Assembly: GCF_000219175.1 (NCBI RefSeq)
Contig: NC_015735.1
Span: forward strand, 240,001 to 272,000
Direction: 5' to 3'
Source of the DNA: Candidatus Moranella endobia PCIT
Lineage (GTDB): Bacteria; Pseudomonadota; Gammaproteobacteria; Enterobacterales; Enterobacteriaceae
DNA length: 32,000 nucleotides
This document shows positions 18,626-29,102 of this stretch, one piece after another; the first letter of the stretch is position 1, and each line of letters opens with the position of its first letter. The translations under genes were made by a program, and so were the position numbers. The notes below the pieces were generated by a model. It had not been told where the DNA came from, did not search any database, and saw only the letters and a program-made list of their open reading frames with translations.

Positions 18626-18949
18626 ATGCTGTACTATAATTTAAGTGAGTTAGTGTATGAACATTGCGGCGACAACTGGCTAAAAAACGCCCAAGCAAAC
18701 AACATTGTTAGAACGGAAGCGGTATTGTATGACAATAACGGTATTAAGTATCAGCTAATATCAATATCACTACGCATGAGATCTTAGCTGCTCTTAGTTG
18801 CTACAAAGCAACCACACCACATGGTGGTATTTATGGTTTGTATTAGATTGATGCGCATACTGCAATATGTCTAGAAGCATCAAAGCTCACTGATAAACTA
18901 GAGCAGTGTACATATGCACCATTTTCGCAATGTTAAAGTGCTAGTTTAG
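18626..18949 (+). pseudogene. murD: Probable murD remnant (421 bp gap where about 1.3 kb is expected)
   Basis: The position is syntenic, between mraY and ftsW. Protein similarity is very weak (M.YY at the start, F.N.K.L.-stop at the end versus FARLAKELG-stop). There are many stops in all frames. Confidence 0.5.
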
Positions 18950-19044
18950 ATTTTTATTACATTGCTTATGCAGTATCGGCTTAATAAGCGCATTATCGGG
19001 CTGGTATTAATTATCTATCTGGAGCAGTGGAGTGGGTATTAAGA

Positions 19045-20184
19045 ATGCACAAAACGGAGGCACAGACCTATTTACTATATGATCGTACGCTGCTATTGCT
19101 AACTATGGGACTAGTTGGTATAGGTTTGGTAATGGTTATCTCTACATCTATGCCCATTGGTGTGCGACTATCGGAAGATCCGTTTTATTTCGCTAGGCGC
19201 TATGCGTTTTACCTTGGTCTGGCTGTTGTACTGTCACTGGTCACTCTTGGAATACCGATGGCTAGTTGGCAGCGCGGCAGCTCATTAATCTTACTTATTA
19301 CCTTGATTATGCTGCTGTTAGTGCTCATTGCCGGCCAGTCAGTCAACGGCGCCGTTCGCTGGCTAGCACTCGGGCCGTGGCGTATCCAACCAGCAGAATT
19401 GTCCAAGCTAGCTTTATTTTGTTATTTAGCCAGTTATCTCGTACGCAAAGCAGAGGAAGTACGCACTAATTTCTGGGGTTTTTGCAAACCAATAGGAGTG
19501 ATGGTGCTGCTGGCTATATTACTGCTAGCGCAGCCAGATCTTGGAACAGTATTGGTGCTATTTATCACTACCCTGGCGATGCTATTCCTAGCTGAAGCTA
19601 AAATATGGCAATTTTTACCGATTATTGGTACCGGTATTTTAGCAGTTATGTTACTTATTATAGCAAAACCGTACCGTAGACGACGCGTAACATCATTCTT
19701 AAACCCATGGGATGATCCTTTTGGCAGAGGTTACCAACTTACTAACTCACTAATAGCGTTTGGTCGTGGCGAGTTGTGGGGGCAAGGTCTTGGCAATTCG
19801 ATACAAAAATTTGAATATCTAACTGAAGCCCATACCGACTTTATTTGCTCCATTTTAGGTGAAGAGTTAGGTTATTTCGGCGTGTTATTGGCGCTGCTGA
19901 TGGTATTTTTAGTGGCGTTTCGTGCTATGTCCATCGGCCGTAAAGCACTAGCAATCAACCAAATATTTTCGGGTTTTCTAGCATGTTCTATCGGAATTTG
20001 GTTTAGTTTCCAGACTATGGTCAATGTAGGCGCCGCCGCTGGAATGCTTCCCACTAAAGGTTTGACACTGCCATTTATCAGTTACGGTGGCTCTAGCATG
20101 CTCATTATGTTAACGGCAATTGTACTTCTGATTAGAATAGATTTTGAAACACGCCTGGCAAAATTACAAGCGTTTGTAAGGTGA
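19045..20184 (+). CDS. ftsW: Lipid II flippase / SEDS peptidoglycan polymerase FtsW
   Basis: [23 protein letters not shown]... is collinear with the short form of E. coli FtsW through [12 protein letters not shown]. The upstream region resembling the long-form N-terminus contains a stop. GGAG lies 12 nt upstream of ATG 19045. Confidence 0.94.
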   Translation: MHKTEAQTYLLYDRTLLLLTMGLVGIGLVMVISTSMPIGVRLSEDPFYFARRYAFYLGLAVVLSLVTLGIPMASWQRGSSLILLITLIMLLLVLIAGQSVNGAVRWLALGPWRIQPAELSKLALFCYLASYLVRKAEEVRTNFWGFCKPIGVMVLLAILLLAQPDLGTVLVLFITTLAMLFLAEAKIWQFLPIIGTGILAVMLLIIAKPYRRRRVTSFLNPWDDPFGRGYQLTNSLIAFGRGELWGQGLGNSIQKFEYLTEAHTDFICSILGEELGYFGVLLALLMVFLVAFRAMSIGRKALAINQIFSGFLACSIGIWFSFQTMVNVGAAAGMLPTKGLTLPFISYGGSSMLIMLTAIVLLIRIDFETRLAKLQAFVR

Positions 20185-20189
20185 CTACG

Positions 20190-21254
20190 ATGAAGAAAAA
20201 TAACATGCGGTTAATAGTGATGGCCGGGGGCACTGGCGGGCATGTGTTCCCAGGACTTTCGGTCGCTAATCACCTGATGGCACAGGGTTGGCAGGTTAGA
20301 TGGCTCGGTACGGCCGATCGCATCGAAGCCAGTTTGGTACCGAAGTACGGCATTGACATCGACTTCATCCGCATTGGCGGCCTACGTGGTAAGAGTATAA
20401 CAGCACAAATTATGGCACCGGCACACATCTTGCGTGCCTGGCTTCAAGCGCGGCGAATTATGTACGCCTGGAGGCCAAATGTGGTGTTAGGAATGGGTGG
20501 CTATGTTTCCGGACCAGGCGGTTTGGCTGCCTGGAGCTATGGCATCCCGGTGGTACTGCATGAACAGAATGGCATTGCCGGTTTAACTAACCGCGCCCTA
20601 GCAAAGATAGCGAGAAAAGTACTACAAGCTGTTCCCGGCGCATTCCCTCATGCTGATGTAGTGGGCAACCCGGTGCGACATACAGTAATAGCGCTACCGG
20701 AGCCAGAATTACGCTTTCGCGAACGCACTGGTCCTATTAGGGTCTTGGTGATAGGAGGTAGTCAAGGCGCTCAGTTACTGAATAAAACTATGCCAGCTGT
20801 CGCTGCCCGCTTAGCTGGTACCTTAACCATTTGGCATCAAGTTGGCAAAGGAGCGCTAACTGAAGTAAATCGGGTCTACGCTGCTACCGGACAGCAACAT
20901 AAAGTGGTGGAATTTATTGAAGACATAGCAACAGCCTATGCCTGGGCGGATATTGTGGTTTGTCGAGCTGGTGCACTGACGGTGAGCGAAATTGCTGTTG
21001 CCGGTTTACCAGCGTTATTGATCCCTTTTACTCATAAAGATCGTCAGCAGTATTGGAATGCTAGGCTGTTGGATAAGGCCGGCGCGGCGACAATTATCGA
21101 GCAGCCAGCTTTTACAGCCGAGCTAGTTAGCAACGTTCTAGCAGGCTTGGATCGTACTATGTTGCTGACCATGGCGCAGCGCGCCAGGACTGCGGCTATT
21201 ATTGACGCAACGGAGCGGGTTGCGCGCGAAGTGGTAGCTGCTGCGCACCACTAA
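20190..21254 (+). CDS. murG: UDP-GlcNAc:lipid I N-acetylglucosaminyltransferase
   Basis: [23 protein letters not shown]... is collinear with E. coli MurG. AGGTG lies 7 nt upstream of ATG 20190. Confidence 0.96.
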   Translation: MKKNNMRLIVMAGGTGGHVFPGLSVANHLMAQGWQVRWLGTADRIEASLVPKYGIDIDFIRIGGLRGKSITAQIMAPAHILRAWLQARRIMYAWRPNVVLGMGGYVSGPGGLAAWSYGIPVVLHEQNGIAGLTNRALAKIARKVLQAVPGAFPHADVVGNPVRHTVIALPEPELRFRERTGPIRVLVIGGSQGAQLLNKTMPAVAARLAGTLTIWHQVGKGALTEVNRVYAATGQQHKVVEFIEDIATAYAWADIVVCRAGALTVSEIAVAGLPALLIPFTHKDRQQYWNARLLDKAGAATIIEQPAFTAELVSNVLAGLDRTMLLTMAQRARTAAIIDATERVAREVVAAAHH

Positions 21255-21278
21255 ACCTAAACATGACCATCGTAATTT

Positions 21279-21880
21279 ATGAATGAAGTGATCAAACAAC
21301 GTACTGTTAATATAACACCACTAGCTAAATTGCGAACTGTTGTTCTAAACATTAGAATTGGTGGTGCTGGTATGCGAGGGATCGCAGAATTACTAGTAAA
21401 CTAGTGATATCAAATTATTTGAGCAAATCCAGCACCGAACGCGATGACACAGCTATTGACTAATCTTGTCGTACAAATTTATTTTAACCATCGTCCGTAG
21501 AATCTCCACAATGCGAGTGTGGTGGTGTATAGCACACTATTACCTCGATAACCCAGATTTTGGCTGCTATTATTTGATCAACGTCAATGGTAAAACCGGC
21601 GAAGTAATATTGGTAGCAGTTTTCGGCCACCATCCCACCAAAGTGAAAGCAAAAAATTAAAGCAGCACGCGCCAACTGGCAGGACAGTCTGATACTTCGC
21701 TAACGTTCTGTCATGTGGGTGGTGTGAATCTGTTGATCATGCTGGAAGTTTCTTCTGTCGGCGAAGCAGCGATTCCTGGTGCCGACAGTTACTTGCGCTG
21801 TGCATAAGCATAACTATACGTTGACGTGGTAAGGGGAATACTATGCAAGTGCAGCAATAAGCATATAGGTCTTAACAGAC
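21279..21880 (+). pseudogene. murC: murC pseudogene with large internal deletion, stops and frameshifts
   Basis: Ordered fragments are TPLAKLRTVV..IGGAGMRGIAELLVN-stop, MTQLLTNL..IYFNHRP-stop, VNGKTGEVILVAVFGHHPTKV and LLIMLEVSSVGEAAIPGADSYLRCA-stop. They match E. coli MurC near residues 1-95 and from about 340 onward. The central part is missing. Confidence 0.85.
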
Positions 21881-21914
21881 AAGGATTTAGTGTGAAGCAG
21901 GGGCGCTTGCACCG

Positions 21915-22203
21915 AAAATTACTCGTAAACTAGCGGATAGTCGGTTGCTGCAGTACGCTGGAACGATGAGGTAAGTTATACATCTGTTGTTTGACGGAAG
22001 TGGCCATTTGTTCAACGTTCCAGCGTCACATAGCTTTGCACGTTCTAGAAGTTTATCCAGTTTGTCGTCTCCAGCAGACTAAGAACGATAAAACTATATC
22101 AGCTGCGTGCGCTATTAATCTGGCTTAGCCAGTGGTTGGGTGACGGTTGATATCGAGCCGACAAATTCATTAGCAACAGAAGTTGGTATAGGCATAACAA
22201 TAA
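21915..22203 (+). pseudogene. ftsQ: ftsQ remnant (3' part only); no ddlB remnant recognised between murC and ftsQ
   Basis: The fragments AAVRWNDE and LLFDGSGHLFNVP match FtsQ ..[29 protein letters not shown]...EVG matches ..SYVDLRYDSGAAVGW just before the ftsA ATG. Stops occur throughout. Confidence 0.65.
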
Positions 22204-23457
22204 ATGATCAAGATGATGGATAAAAAATTAGTAGTAGGATTGGAGATTGGCACAGTTAAAGTAGCCGTGCTAGTAGGTGAAGTACTTGCTGATGGTCTGA
22301 TGAATATTATCGGTGTCGGTAGTTGCCCATCTCGCGGCATGGACAAAGGTGGCGTTAAAGATTTGGAAGCAGTGGGAAAATGCGTGCAACAAGCTATCGA
22401 TCAAGCAGAACTGATGGCAAACTGCCATATTTCATCAGTGTATCTTGCTCTATCTGGCAAACAGATTAGCTGCCAAAATGAAATAGGTATAGTACCTATT
22501 TCCGCAGCAGAAGTAACGCAAGAAGATGTAGAAAATGTGGTGCATACTGCTAAATCCGTACGAGTACGCGACGAGCACCGTATATTGCATGTAATTCCAC
22601 AGGATTACGAGATTGATTACCAAGAAGGAATAAAAAACCCCGTTGGTTTGTCAGGAGTACGAATGCAAGCCAAAGTTCACCTGATTACCTGTCATCAGGA
22701 TATGGCCAATAACATTATTAAAGCAGTGGAAAGTTGTGGGCTAACAGTTGACCAATTAATCTTTGCCGGTTTAGCATCAAGCTATGCGGTATTGACAGAA
22801 GATGAACGTGAATTGGGTGTATGCTTCGTGGATATAGGCGGTGGCACTATGGACATAACTGTATATACAGCCGGCGCGCTCCGCCACACGCGCGTAATTC
22901 CCTACGCCGGTAACTTGGTTACTAACGACATTGCTTATGCCTTTGGCACGTTGCCAATCGACGCTGAAGCAATTAAGGTTAATTACGGCTGCGCGTTGGG
23001 ATCAGTTATCAATAATAACGAAAGCGTTGAAGTACCGAGTATCGGCGGACGACCGCCACGTAGCCTCCAGCGCCATACTCTGGCTGAGGTAATTGAGCCG
23101 CGTTATACCGAGCTGTTGAATCTAGTGAATGAGGAAATTTTGCAACTGCAGAGGCAGTTGCGTGCACAGGGAGTCAAGCACCATCTAGCAGCTGGCATTG
23201 TGCTTACCGGAGGTGCGGCGCAAATCGACGGCCTGGTAGACTGCGCACAGCAAGTATTCAATCATCAGGTGCGTATTGGCCAGCCGCTAAATATTAGCGG
23301 TATACCGAATTATGCGCAGGAGCCCTATTATTCGACTGCCATTGGGTTAATGCATTACGGTCAAGATTCATTAAATGGTAAATTGGAGATAGGAAAAAGA
23401 ACGTCGGTTAGCAAATGGTTTAAACGTTTCAGTGAATGGCTACGCAAAGAATTTTAA
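22204..23457 (+). CDS. ftsA: Cell division protein FtsA
   Basis: MIKMMDKKLVVGLEIGTVKVAVLVGEV... is collinear with E. coli FtsA, including the C-terminal amphipathic helix ...WFKRFSEWLRKEF. Confidence 0.97.
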   Translation: MIKMMDKKLVVGLEIGTVKVAVLVGEVLADGLMNIIGVGSCPSRGMDKGGVKDLEAVGKCVQQAIDQAELMANCHISSVYLALSGKQISCQNEIGIVPISAAEVTQEDVENVVHTAKSVRVRDEHRILHVIPQDYEIDYQEGIKNPVGLSGVRMQAKVHLITCHQDMANNIIKAVESCGLTVDQLIFAGLASSYAVLTEDERELGVCFVDIGGGTMDITVYTAGALRHTRVIPYAGNLVTNDIAYAFGTLPIDAEAIKVNYGCALGSVINNNESVEVPSIGGRPPRSLQRHTLAEVIEPRYTELLNLVNEEILQLQRQLRAQGVKHHLAAGIVLTGGAAQIDGLVDCAQQVFNHQVRIGQPLNISGIPNYAQEPYYSTAIGLMHYGQDSLNGKLEIGKRTSVSKWFKRFSEWLRKEF

Positions 23458-23535
23458 TGATGGTCAAATAATACAATACTAAAACAAGCTGATCTGAAAC
23501 GCTTACGAAGCGCCCGGTCCAACATGGAGAAAATT

Positions 23536-24705
23536 ATGTTTGAACATTTGGAATTAACTAACGATGCTGTTATTAAAGTAATTGGCATCGGAGGTGGCGG
23601 CAGCAACGCTGTCGAGCATATGGTACGCCAGCATATCGAAGGTGTTTGCTTCTTCGCAGTAAATACCGATGCACAAGCATTGCGTCAGACAACTGTTAGC
23701 CAGACCATTCAGATTGGCAGTGGTATTACTAAAGGATTAGGGGCAGGCGCGAATCCCGAAGTTGGCCGCCACTCAGCAGAAGAAGACCGTGAAAAACTTA
23801 GTGATGCCATTGAAGGCGCTGACATGGTGTTTATCGCCGCTGGTATGGGTGGGGGGACCGGTACGGGAGCAGCGCCGGTGGTTGCTGAAGTTGCAAAGGA
23901 TCTGGGTATTCTTACTGTGGCAGTAATAACTAAGCCGTTTCACTTTGAAGGTAAAAAACGTATGGTGTTAGCAGAGCAAGGAATTGATGCCCTCTCTAAG
24001 CATGTTGACTCGCTTATCACTATTCCTAATGATAAGCTGCTGAAAGTCCTGGGTCGCGGTATTTCGCTGCTGGACGCATTCGGCGCTGCCAATGACGTAC
24101 TAAAAGGAGCAGTACAGGGTATTGCTGGGCTTATCACTCGTCCTGGCTTGATGAACGTCGACTTTGCTGACGTTCGTACCGTCATGTCGGAAATGGGCTA
24201 CGCCATAATGGGTTCAGGCGGGGCTTGCGGAGAAGATCGCGCCGAAGAAGCTGCTGACATGGCAATTTCTAGCCCACTGCTGGAAGATATTGATCTATCA
24301 GGCGCTAGAGGAGTCTTGGTGAATATTACTGCCGGCTTCGATCTACGGCTGGAAGAATTTGAGACCGTTGGTAACACTATTCGCGCTTTCGCTTCTGATA
24401 ACGCCACAGTGGTAATAGGTACATCGCTAGATACGGATATGAACAACGAACTTCGCGTTACCGTCGTCGTGACCGGAATCGGCATGGATAACAACTCGGA
24501 CATGACGTTATTAACCAAATTAACCAATAAGCAAAGTAGAAATTCTATCTTAGATAAAAACTACTACGTTCATCCGATAGGTACGTCTTCTATCGCTCAA
24601 AAAAAACAAACATTATCTAATGCGGTCAATGAACAACACTCCCATGGGACGAAAGAACCTGACTATTTGGATATTCCCGCTTTTCTTCGTAAACCGGCAG
24701 ATTAG
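23536..24705 (+). CDS. ftsZ: Cell division GTPase FtsZ
   Basis: MFEHLELTNDAVIKVIGIGGGGSNAVEHM..GGGTGTGAAPV.. and the C-terminal DYLDIPAFLRKPAD are present. GGAGA lies 5 nt upstream of ATG 23536. The ORF-track start at 23524 adds 4 residues that are not conserved. Confidence 0.97.
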   Translation: MFEHLELTNDAVIKVIGIGGGGSNAVEHMVRQHIEGVCFFAVNTDAQALRQTTVSQTIQIGSGITKGLGAGANPEVGRHSAEEDREKLSDAIEGADMVFIAAGMGGGTGTGAAPVVAEVAKDLGILTVAVITKPFHFEGKKRMVLAEQGIDALSKHVDSLITIPNDKLLKVLGRGISLLDAFGAANDVLKGAVQGIAGLITRPGLMNVDFADVRTVMSEMGYAIMGSGGACGEDRAEEAADMAISSPLLEDIDLSGARGVLVNITAGFDLRLEEFETVGNTIRAFASDNATVVIGTSLDTDMNNELRVTVVVTGIGMDNNSDMTLLTKLTNKQSRNSILDKNYYVHPIGTSSIAQKKQTLSNAVNEQHSHGTKEPDYLDIPAFLRKPAD

Positions 24706-24717
24706 CTCGTTTCAGTA

Positions 24718-25623
24718 GTGATTAAACAGCGCACATTAAAACGTATTGTGCAAGCCACCGGTGTGGGGTTACACACTGGTAAAAAAGTCATCCTGACACT
24801 ACTTCCTGCATCTGCAAATACTGGTGTTATCTATCGTCGAATCGATTTAAACCCACCAGTAGATTTTCTTGCAGACGCACGATTGGTGCGCGAAACTACG
24901 CTGTGCACCTGTTTGGTGAACGAGCATAATGTGTGTATTTCAACCGTTGAGCACTTGAACGCAGCGCTAGCCGGGTTAGGAATCGACAATATCATTGTTG
25001 AAGTAGATGCGCCGGAAATTCCAATCATGGACGGCAGCGCTAGCCCCTTCGTTTGTTTACTACTAGATGTTGGCATTGAGGAGCTAAATTGCGCCAAAAA
25101 GTTTTGGCGGATAAAAAAGCCGGTGCGTGTCGATAATGGGGAAAAATGGGCTCAGCTGACGCCGTATAATGGCTTTACACTAGATTTTACCATCGATTTC
25201 CAACATCCTGTGATTAATGCCAGCTCGCAAAATTATTTTCTAAATTTCTCCACCTATTCTTTCATTCTTCAGATAAGCCGCGCGCGCACTTTCGGTTTTA
25301 TGCGCGATATCGAGTACCTGCAATCTATTGGCCTAGCACTAGGTGGTAGCTTCGATTGCGCGATTGTGGTCGATGAATACCGGGTGCTAAATGATGATGG
25401 TCTGCGCTTTGACGATGAATTTGTGCGTCATAAAATGCTCGATGCCATCGGTGACCTGTTTATGTGTGGCCATAATATCATTGGCGCATTTACCGCCTTC
25501 AAGTCTGGCCATGCTATGAATAACAAGCTGTTACAGGCAGTTTTTGCGAGTAAAGATAACAGTGAACTAGTGACCTTCGAGAACGAGGAGGCATTGCCGA
25601 TGAAGTTCAACTTGACTTACTGA
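24718..25623 (+). CDS. lpxC: UDP-3-O-acyl-GlcNAc deacetylase (GTG start)
   Basis: (V/M)[23 protein letters not shown]... is collinear with E. coli LpxC. The zinc and catalytic residues are in place ([30 protein letters not shown]). Confidence 0.96.
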   Translation: MIKQRTLKRIVQATGVGLHTGKKVILTLLPASANTGVIYRRIDLNPPVDFLADARLVRETTLCTCLVNEHNVCISTVEHLNAALAGLGIDNIIVEVDAPEIPIMDGSASPFVCLLLDVGIEELNCAKKFWRIKKPVRVDNGEKWAQLTPYNGFTLDFTIDFQHPVINASSQNYFLNFSTYSFILQISRARTFGFMRDIEYLQSIGLALGGSFDCAIVVDEYRVLNDDGLRFDDEFVRHKMLDAIGDLFMCGHNIIGAFTAFKSGHAMNNKLLQAVFASKDNSELVTFENEEALPMKFNLTY

Positions 25624-25699
25624 TTTATGTTTATGGGCAGCGTTAGCCGTTAGTTTTCTCGTTCCTATAACTTTAACTGTAGTACTATCGGTACTATCT

Positions 25700-26170
25700 C
25701 TATCCGGCTAGTTTCGCGAGTAGTTCCAGCGTATTTTTTAATTTACCTTCGCTACGTGCAGCCACATGGCGAATAGAAATGGCACTATTTGCGCTCAAAT
25801 AACGTGGTTTTTCAACAAGTTTTTGCGCGTTCAATTCTGGTGTTATTGCTAATCCAGGGTTAATTCTGATGTCGATAGACGACAATGATGGTAGAATTTG
25901 CGCTCTTAACACGGATAATAATTGATATTGTTCATATCGTAATCGTATCTGCCAACTGGCACTGGCAGTTTCTAACACCATTACACCCTGGCGTATATTG
26001 GCAACGCGACACCAGGGACGCAGTGGTACCGGCAGTAGAGCGTTGACCGTACGGTTAAGCTTCAGCAACATAATAGCCCGCTGCTGAATTTGCAATAGGG
26101 ATGATACACGGCTAGTTTCTGTTGTCTCGAGAAACAGGCGGTAGATAGGAAACGGACGACTAGATCGCAT
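25700..26170 (-). CDS. dciA: DUF721 / DciA-like protein (putative replicative helicase operator)
   Basis: The core PWCRVANIRQGVMVLETASASWQIRLRYEQYQLLSVLRAQ...IDIRINP resembles the DUF721 signature (..H..VA..R.G.L.L...S..WA.RLRY....LL..L) as I recall it from Vibrio and Pseudomonas DciA. Those genes also sit between lpxC and secA. The start is placed at the second Met (MRSSRP). Confidence 0.6.
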   Translation of the reverse strand: MRSSRPFPIYRLFLETTETSRVSSLLQIQQRAIMLLKLNRTVNALLPVPLRPWCRVANIRQGVMVLETASASWQIRLRYEQYQLLSVLRAQILPSLSSIDIRINPGLAITPELNAQKLVEKPRYLSANSAISIRHVAARSEGKLKNTLELLAKLAG

Positions 26171-26415
26171 AACACAACACTCCAACAGAATATATTATTG
26201 GTAATTAACTTAGTTAACGCCACGTTGGCTAAATTTATTATTTGCCACCTATTAGTGCTTGCTAGATGGCTAATACCATCTGCTGTAGTATCGCTAACCT
26301 GAGCGTAGTGGTATCATTCTGGCGGAGGCGGAACGGCAGGTAATATATAATCGCTCGCGGCCGTCTCGATATTAATTACTGTCGCTGCTATGATTAGATG
26401 TGAATAACAAGAACT

Positions 26416-28977
26416 ATGCTAGCAAAATTACTTACCAAAATATTTGGTAGCCGTAACGATCGTATCATACGTTGTATGAACAAGATAGTGAACGTTATCA
26501 ACCAAATGGAACCTGTGATGGCAACATTACGCAACGAACAGCTTTCGGCTAAAACCGTCGAATTCCGTGAGCGTATAATCAAAGGGGAAACTGACGATAG
26601 TCTTCTGCCGGAAGCATTCGCAGTAGTGCGAGAGGCCAGCAAACGCGTTTTTGGTATGCGTCATTTTGATGTGCAATTGATAGGCGGTATAGTGCTTCAC
26701 AAGTGTTGCATCGCAGAAATGCGTACTGGTGAAGGTAAAACCTTGACTTCAACGTTGCCGGTTTACCTTAACGCCCTAAGCGGTAAAGGTGTGCATGTGG
26801 TTACAGTTAACGATTACCTGGCACAACGCGATGCAGCGAACAACCGTCCATTGTTTGATTTCTTGGGACTGAGTGTCGGAATCAACCTACCTTGTTTGCA
26901 GTTATCTGCCAAACGTGCCGCTTATGCCGCCGATATCACCTATGGTACCAACAACGAATACGGTTTTGATTATCTGCGCGATAATATGGCTTTTACTCAG
27001 GAAGATCGAGTGCAACGTCAATTAAATTACGCGCTGGTAGATGAAGTAGATTCCATACTAATTGATGAAGCCCGCACCCCCTTAATTATATCAGGCCAGG
27101 CGGAAGATAGCTCAGATCTGTATCGACAAGTTGATCAACTTATCCCAAATTTGATTCGCCAAGACAAAGAAGATTCCGATAGTTTTCAGGGAGAAGGTCA
27201 CTTCTCGGTAGATGAGAAATTACGCCAGGTTACCCTGACCGAAAGAGGGTTAGTGTTGATTGAGGAGTTGCTAGTGACAGCTGGTCTCATGAAGGAGGGG
27301 GAAACGCTCTACTCACCAGCTAATATCATTCTAATGCATCATGTTAATGCCGCCCTGAGAGCTCACATGCTATTCGCCCGCGATGTAGATTACATCGTTA
27401 AAGATGGGACCATCATCGTTGTCGATGAACATACCGGACGTACCATGTCAAGTCGCCGATGGTCGGATGGGCTGCACCAAGCTATAGAGGCTAAAGAAAA
27501 CGTGACGATCCAGAATGAAAACCAGACGCTGGCGTCCATTACTTTTCAGAACTACTTCCGCCTTTATGAGAAACTAGCTGGTATGACCGGAACTGCAGAT
27601 ACCGAAGCTTTTGAGTTTCGCTCCATCTATAAACTAGATACTATCGTTGTACCCACCAACCGTCCTATGATCCGTAAGGATTTGGCAGATCTGGTATACC
27701 TAACTGAAAATGAAAAAATCAACGCTATTATAGCGGACATACAATCCTGTACCAAGCGTGGTCAGCCAGTTCTAGTAGGTACCATGTCTATTGAAAAATC
27801 GGAGTTAGTTTCCGGTGATCTGAAGAAAGCCGGTATTCCACATCAAATACTAAACGCCAAATTCCACGCTATGGAGGCAGATATTATCGCCCAGGCTGGC
27901 CAACCTGGTGCGGTAACCATTGCCACCAATATGGCTGGACGCGGTACCGATATCTTGCTTGGCGGCAGTTGGCAGGCGGAAATAGCAGCCCTAGAAACAC
28001 CAGAACAGCATAAAATAGACGCTATTAAGAAAGCTTGGCAGCACCGCCATAAGGCAGTTGTGGCAGCTGGCGGCCTGCATATCATCGGTACCGAACGTCA
28101 TGAAGCACGTCGAATAGATAATCAGTTGCGCGGTCGTTCTGGCCGCCAGGGAGATACTGGTTCATCCCGTTTTTATCTGTCGATGGAAGATACTCTGATG
28201 CGTATTTTCGCGTCAGCTCGATTCTCGAGTATTATGCGAACACTTGGTATTAAACCTGGCGAAGCAATAGAACATCCTTGGGTCAATAAGGCAATTGCTA
28301 ATGCCCAGCGTAAGGTAGAACATCGTAACTTTGATATACGTAAGCAACTATTAGAATATGATGACGTTGCTAACGATCAGCGCCAGGCAATCTACACCCA
28401 GCGCCGCGAACTTCTTGACGTCGTTGATATTAGCGAGACCATCAAAATCATCCGCGCAGATGTGCTGAAAAAAACGTTAGATCACTACATCCCGAATGAC
28501 CTGGAAGAAAAGTGGGATATGCTTAGCTTAGAGAAGTGCTTGCAGGATGATTTTGATTTAAATATACCTATTGCCAAATATTTGGAAAATGAGCTGTACC
28601 AGCATACAGGTACACTGGGCGAGTACGTGCTTGAGCATCTTATGGTGCAGTATCAACTGAAGGAAGAGATCGTTGGTAGCAACATCATGCGTAATTTCGA
28701 GAAGAGCGTTATGTTGCAAACACTAGATTCACTGTGGAAAGAACATCTAGCAGCAATGGAATACTTGCGTCAGGGCATCCATCTACGCGGCTATGCGCAA
28801 ATAGATCCGAAACAAGAATACAAGCGCGAAGCTTTTACAATGTTCGCCAATATGCTGGAATTGCTGAAATATGAAGTGATCAGCACCCTAAGCAAGGTAC
28901 AGGTGCGCCGGCCGGAAGATGCAGTTGCACTCAGCAACTGTGCAAAAGAGGATGAAAGGCTATACAGCCGCAGCTAA
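26416..28977 (+). CDS. secA: Preprotein translocase ATPase SecA, lacking the C-terminal linker and zinc-finger tail
   Basis: [16 protein letters not shown]... is collinear with E. coli SecA through ...[17 protein letters not shown]. It is 853 aa versus about 901. The stop occurs about 48 residues before the expected end. Confidence 0.96.
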   Translation: MLAKLLTKIFGSRNDRIIRCMNKIVNVINQMEPVMATLRNEQLSAKTVEFRERIIKGETDDSLLPEAFAVVREASKRVFGMRHFDVQLIGGIVLHKCCIAEMRTGEGKTLTSTLPVYLNALSGKGVHVVTVNDYLAQRDAANNRPLFDFLGLSVGINLPCLQLSAKRAAYAADITYGTNNEYGFDYLRDNMAFTQEDRVQRQLNYALVDEVDSILIDEARTPLIISGQAEDSSDLYRQVDQLIPNLIRQDKEDSDSFQGEGHFSVDEKLRQVTLTERGLVLIEELLVTAGLMKEGETLYSPANIILMHHVNAALRAHMLFARDVDYIVKDGTIIVVDEHTGRTMSSRRWSDGLHQAIEAKENVTIQNENQTLASITFQNYFRLYEKLAGMTGTADTEAFEFRSIYKLDTIVVPTNRPMIRKDLADLVYLTENEKINAIIADIQSCTKRGQPVLVGTMSIEKSELVSGDLKKAGIPHQILNAKFHAMEADIIAQAGQPGAVTIATNMAGRGTDILLGGSWQAEIAALETPEQHKIDAIKKAWQHRHKAVVAAGGLHIIGTERHEARRIDNQLRGRSGRQGDTGSSRFYLSMEDTLMRIFASARFSSIMRTLGIKPGEAIEHPWVNKAIANAQRKVEHRNFDIRKQLLEYDDVANDQRQAIYTQRRELLDVVDISETIKIIRADVLKKTLDHYIPNDLEEKWDMLSLEKCLQDDFDLNIPIAKYLENELYQHTGTLGEYVLEHLMVQYQLKEEIVGSNIMRNFEKSVMLQTLDSLWKEHLAAMEYLRQGIHLRGYAQIDPKQEYKREAFTMFANMLELLKYEVISTLSKVQVRRPEDAVALSNCAKEDERLYSRS

Positions 28978-29078
28978 GCAAAAATGCAAAGGTAGAAGAA
29001 CTAACTCTAGTTGTAGGAGGACAGCCAGCCGCATATTTTGGCGCAATAAACCTTTTTTTTACTGTTACCCAAAATTTG

Positions 29079-29102
29079 GCACTGTGGCTGGCGGCACAGT
29101 GC
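29079..29102. terminator. Hairpin between convergent secA and nifJ (possible terminator)
   Basis: GCACTGTG-(8 nt)-CACAGTGC forms a perfect 8-bp stem. The minus strand follows it with CAAATTTTGGG, a short T-run. The plus strand has no T-run after it. Confidence 0.3.

Noticed and set aside
18536-18787. 83-aa ORF spanning the mraY 3' end and downstream
   Set aside because: It is an out-of-frame read through the end of mraY that continues into the murD remnant. It is not an independent gene.
21466-21675. 64-aa plus-strand ORF and 63-aa minus-strand ORF
   Set aside because: The plus-strand ORF is simply the frame carrying the MurC fragment VNGKTGEVILVAVFGHHPTKV inside the murC pseudogene. The minus-strand ORF is its shadow.
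2980-26185. Longer N-terminal extensions offered by the ORF track for dusA (2980), glyQ (5011), glyS (5870), rsmH (13417), ftsW (19027), murG (20181), ftsZ (23524) and the DciA-like ORF (26185)
   Set aside because: Alignment to the remembered E. coli N-termini supports the internal starts listed in the features. The extensions overlap upstream genes or repeats and are not conserved.
26186-26415. Possible secM remnant upstream of secA
   Set aside because: The resemblances are only vague (LPPISAC..ANLS versus the SecM signal peptide, SFWRRRNGR versus the arrest region). The match is too weak to call without a search.
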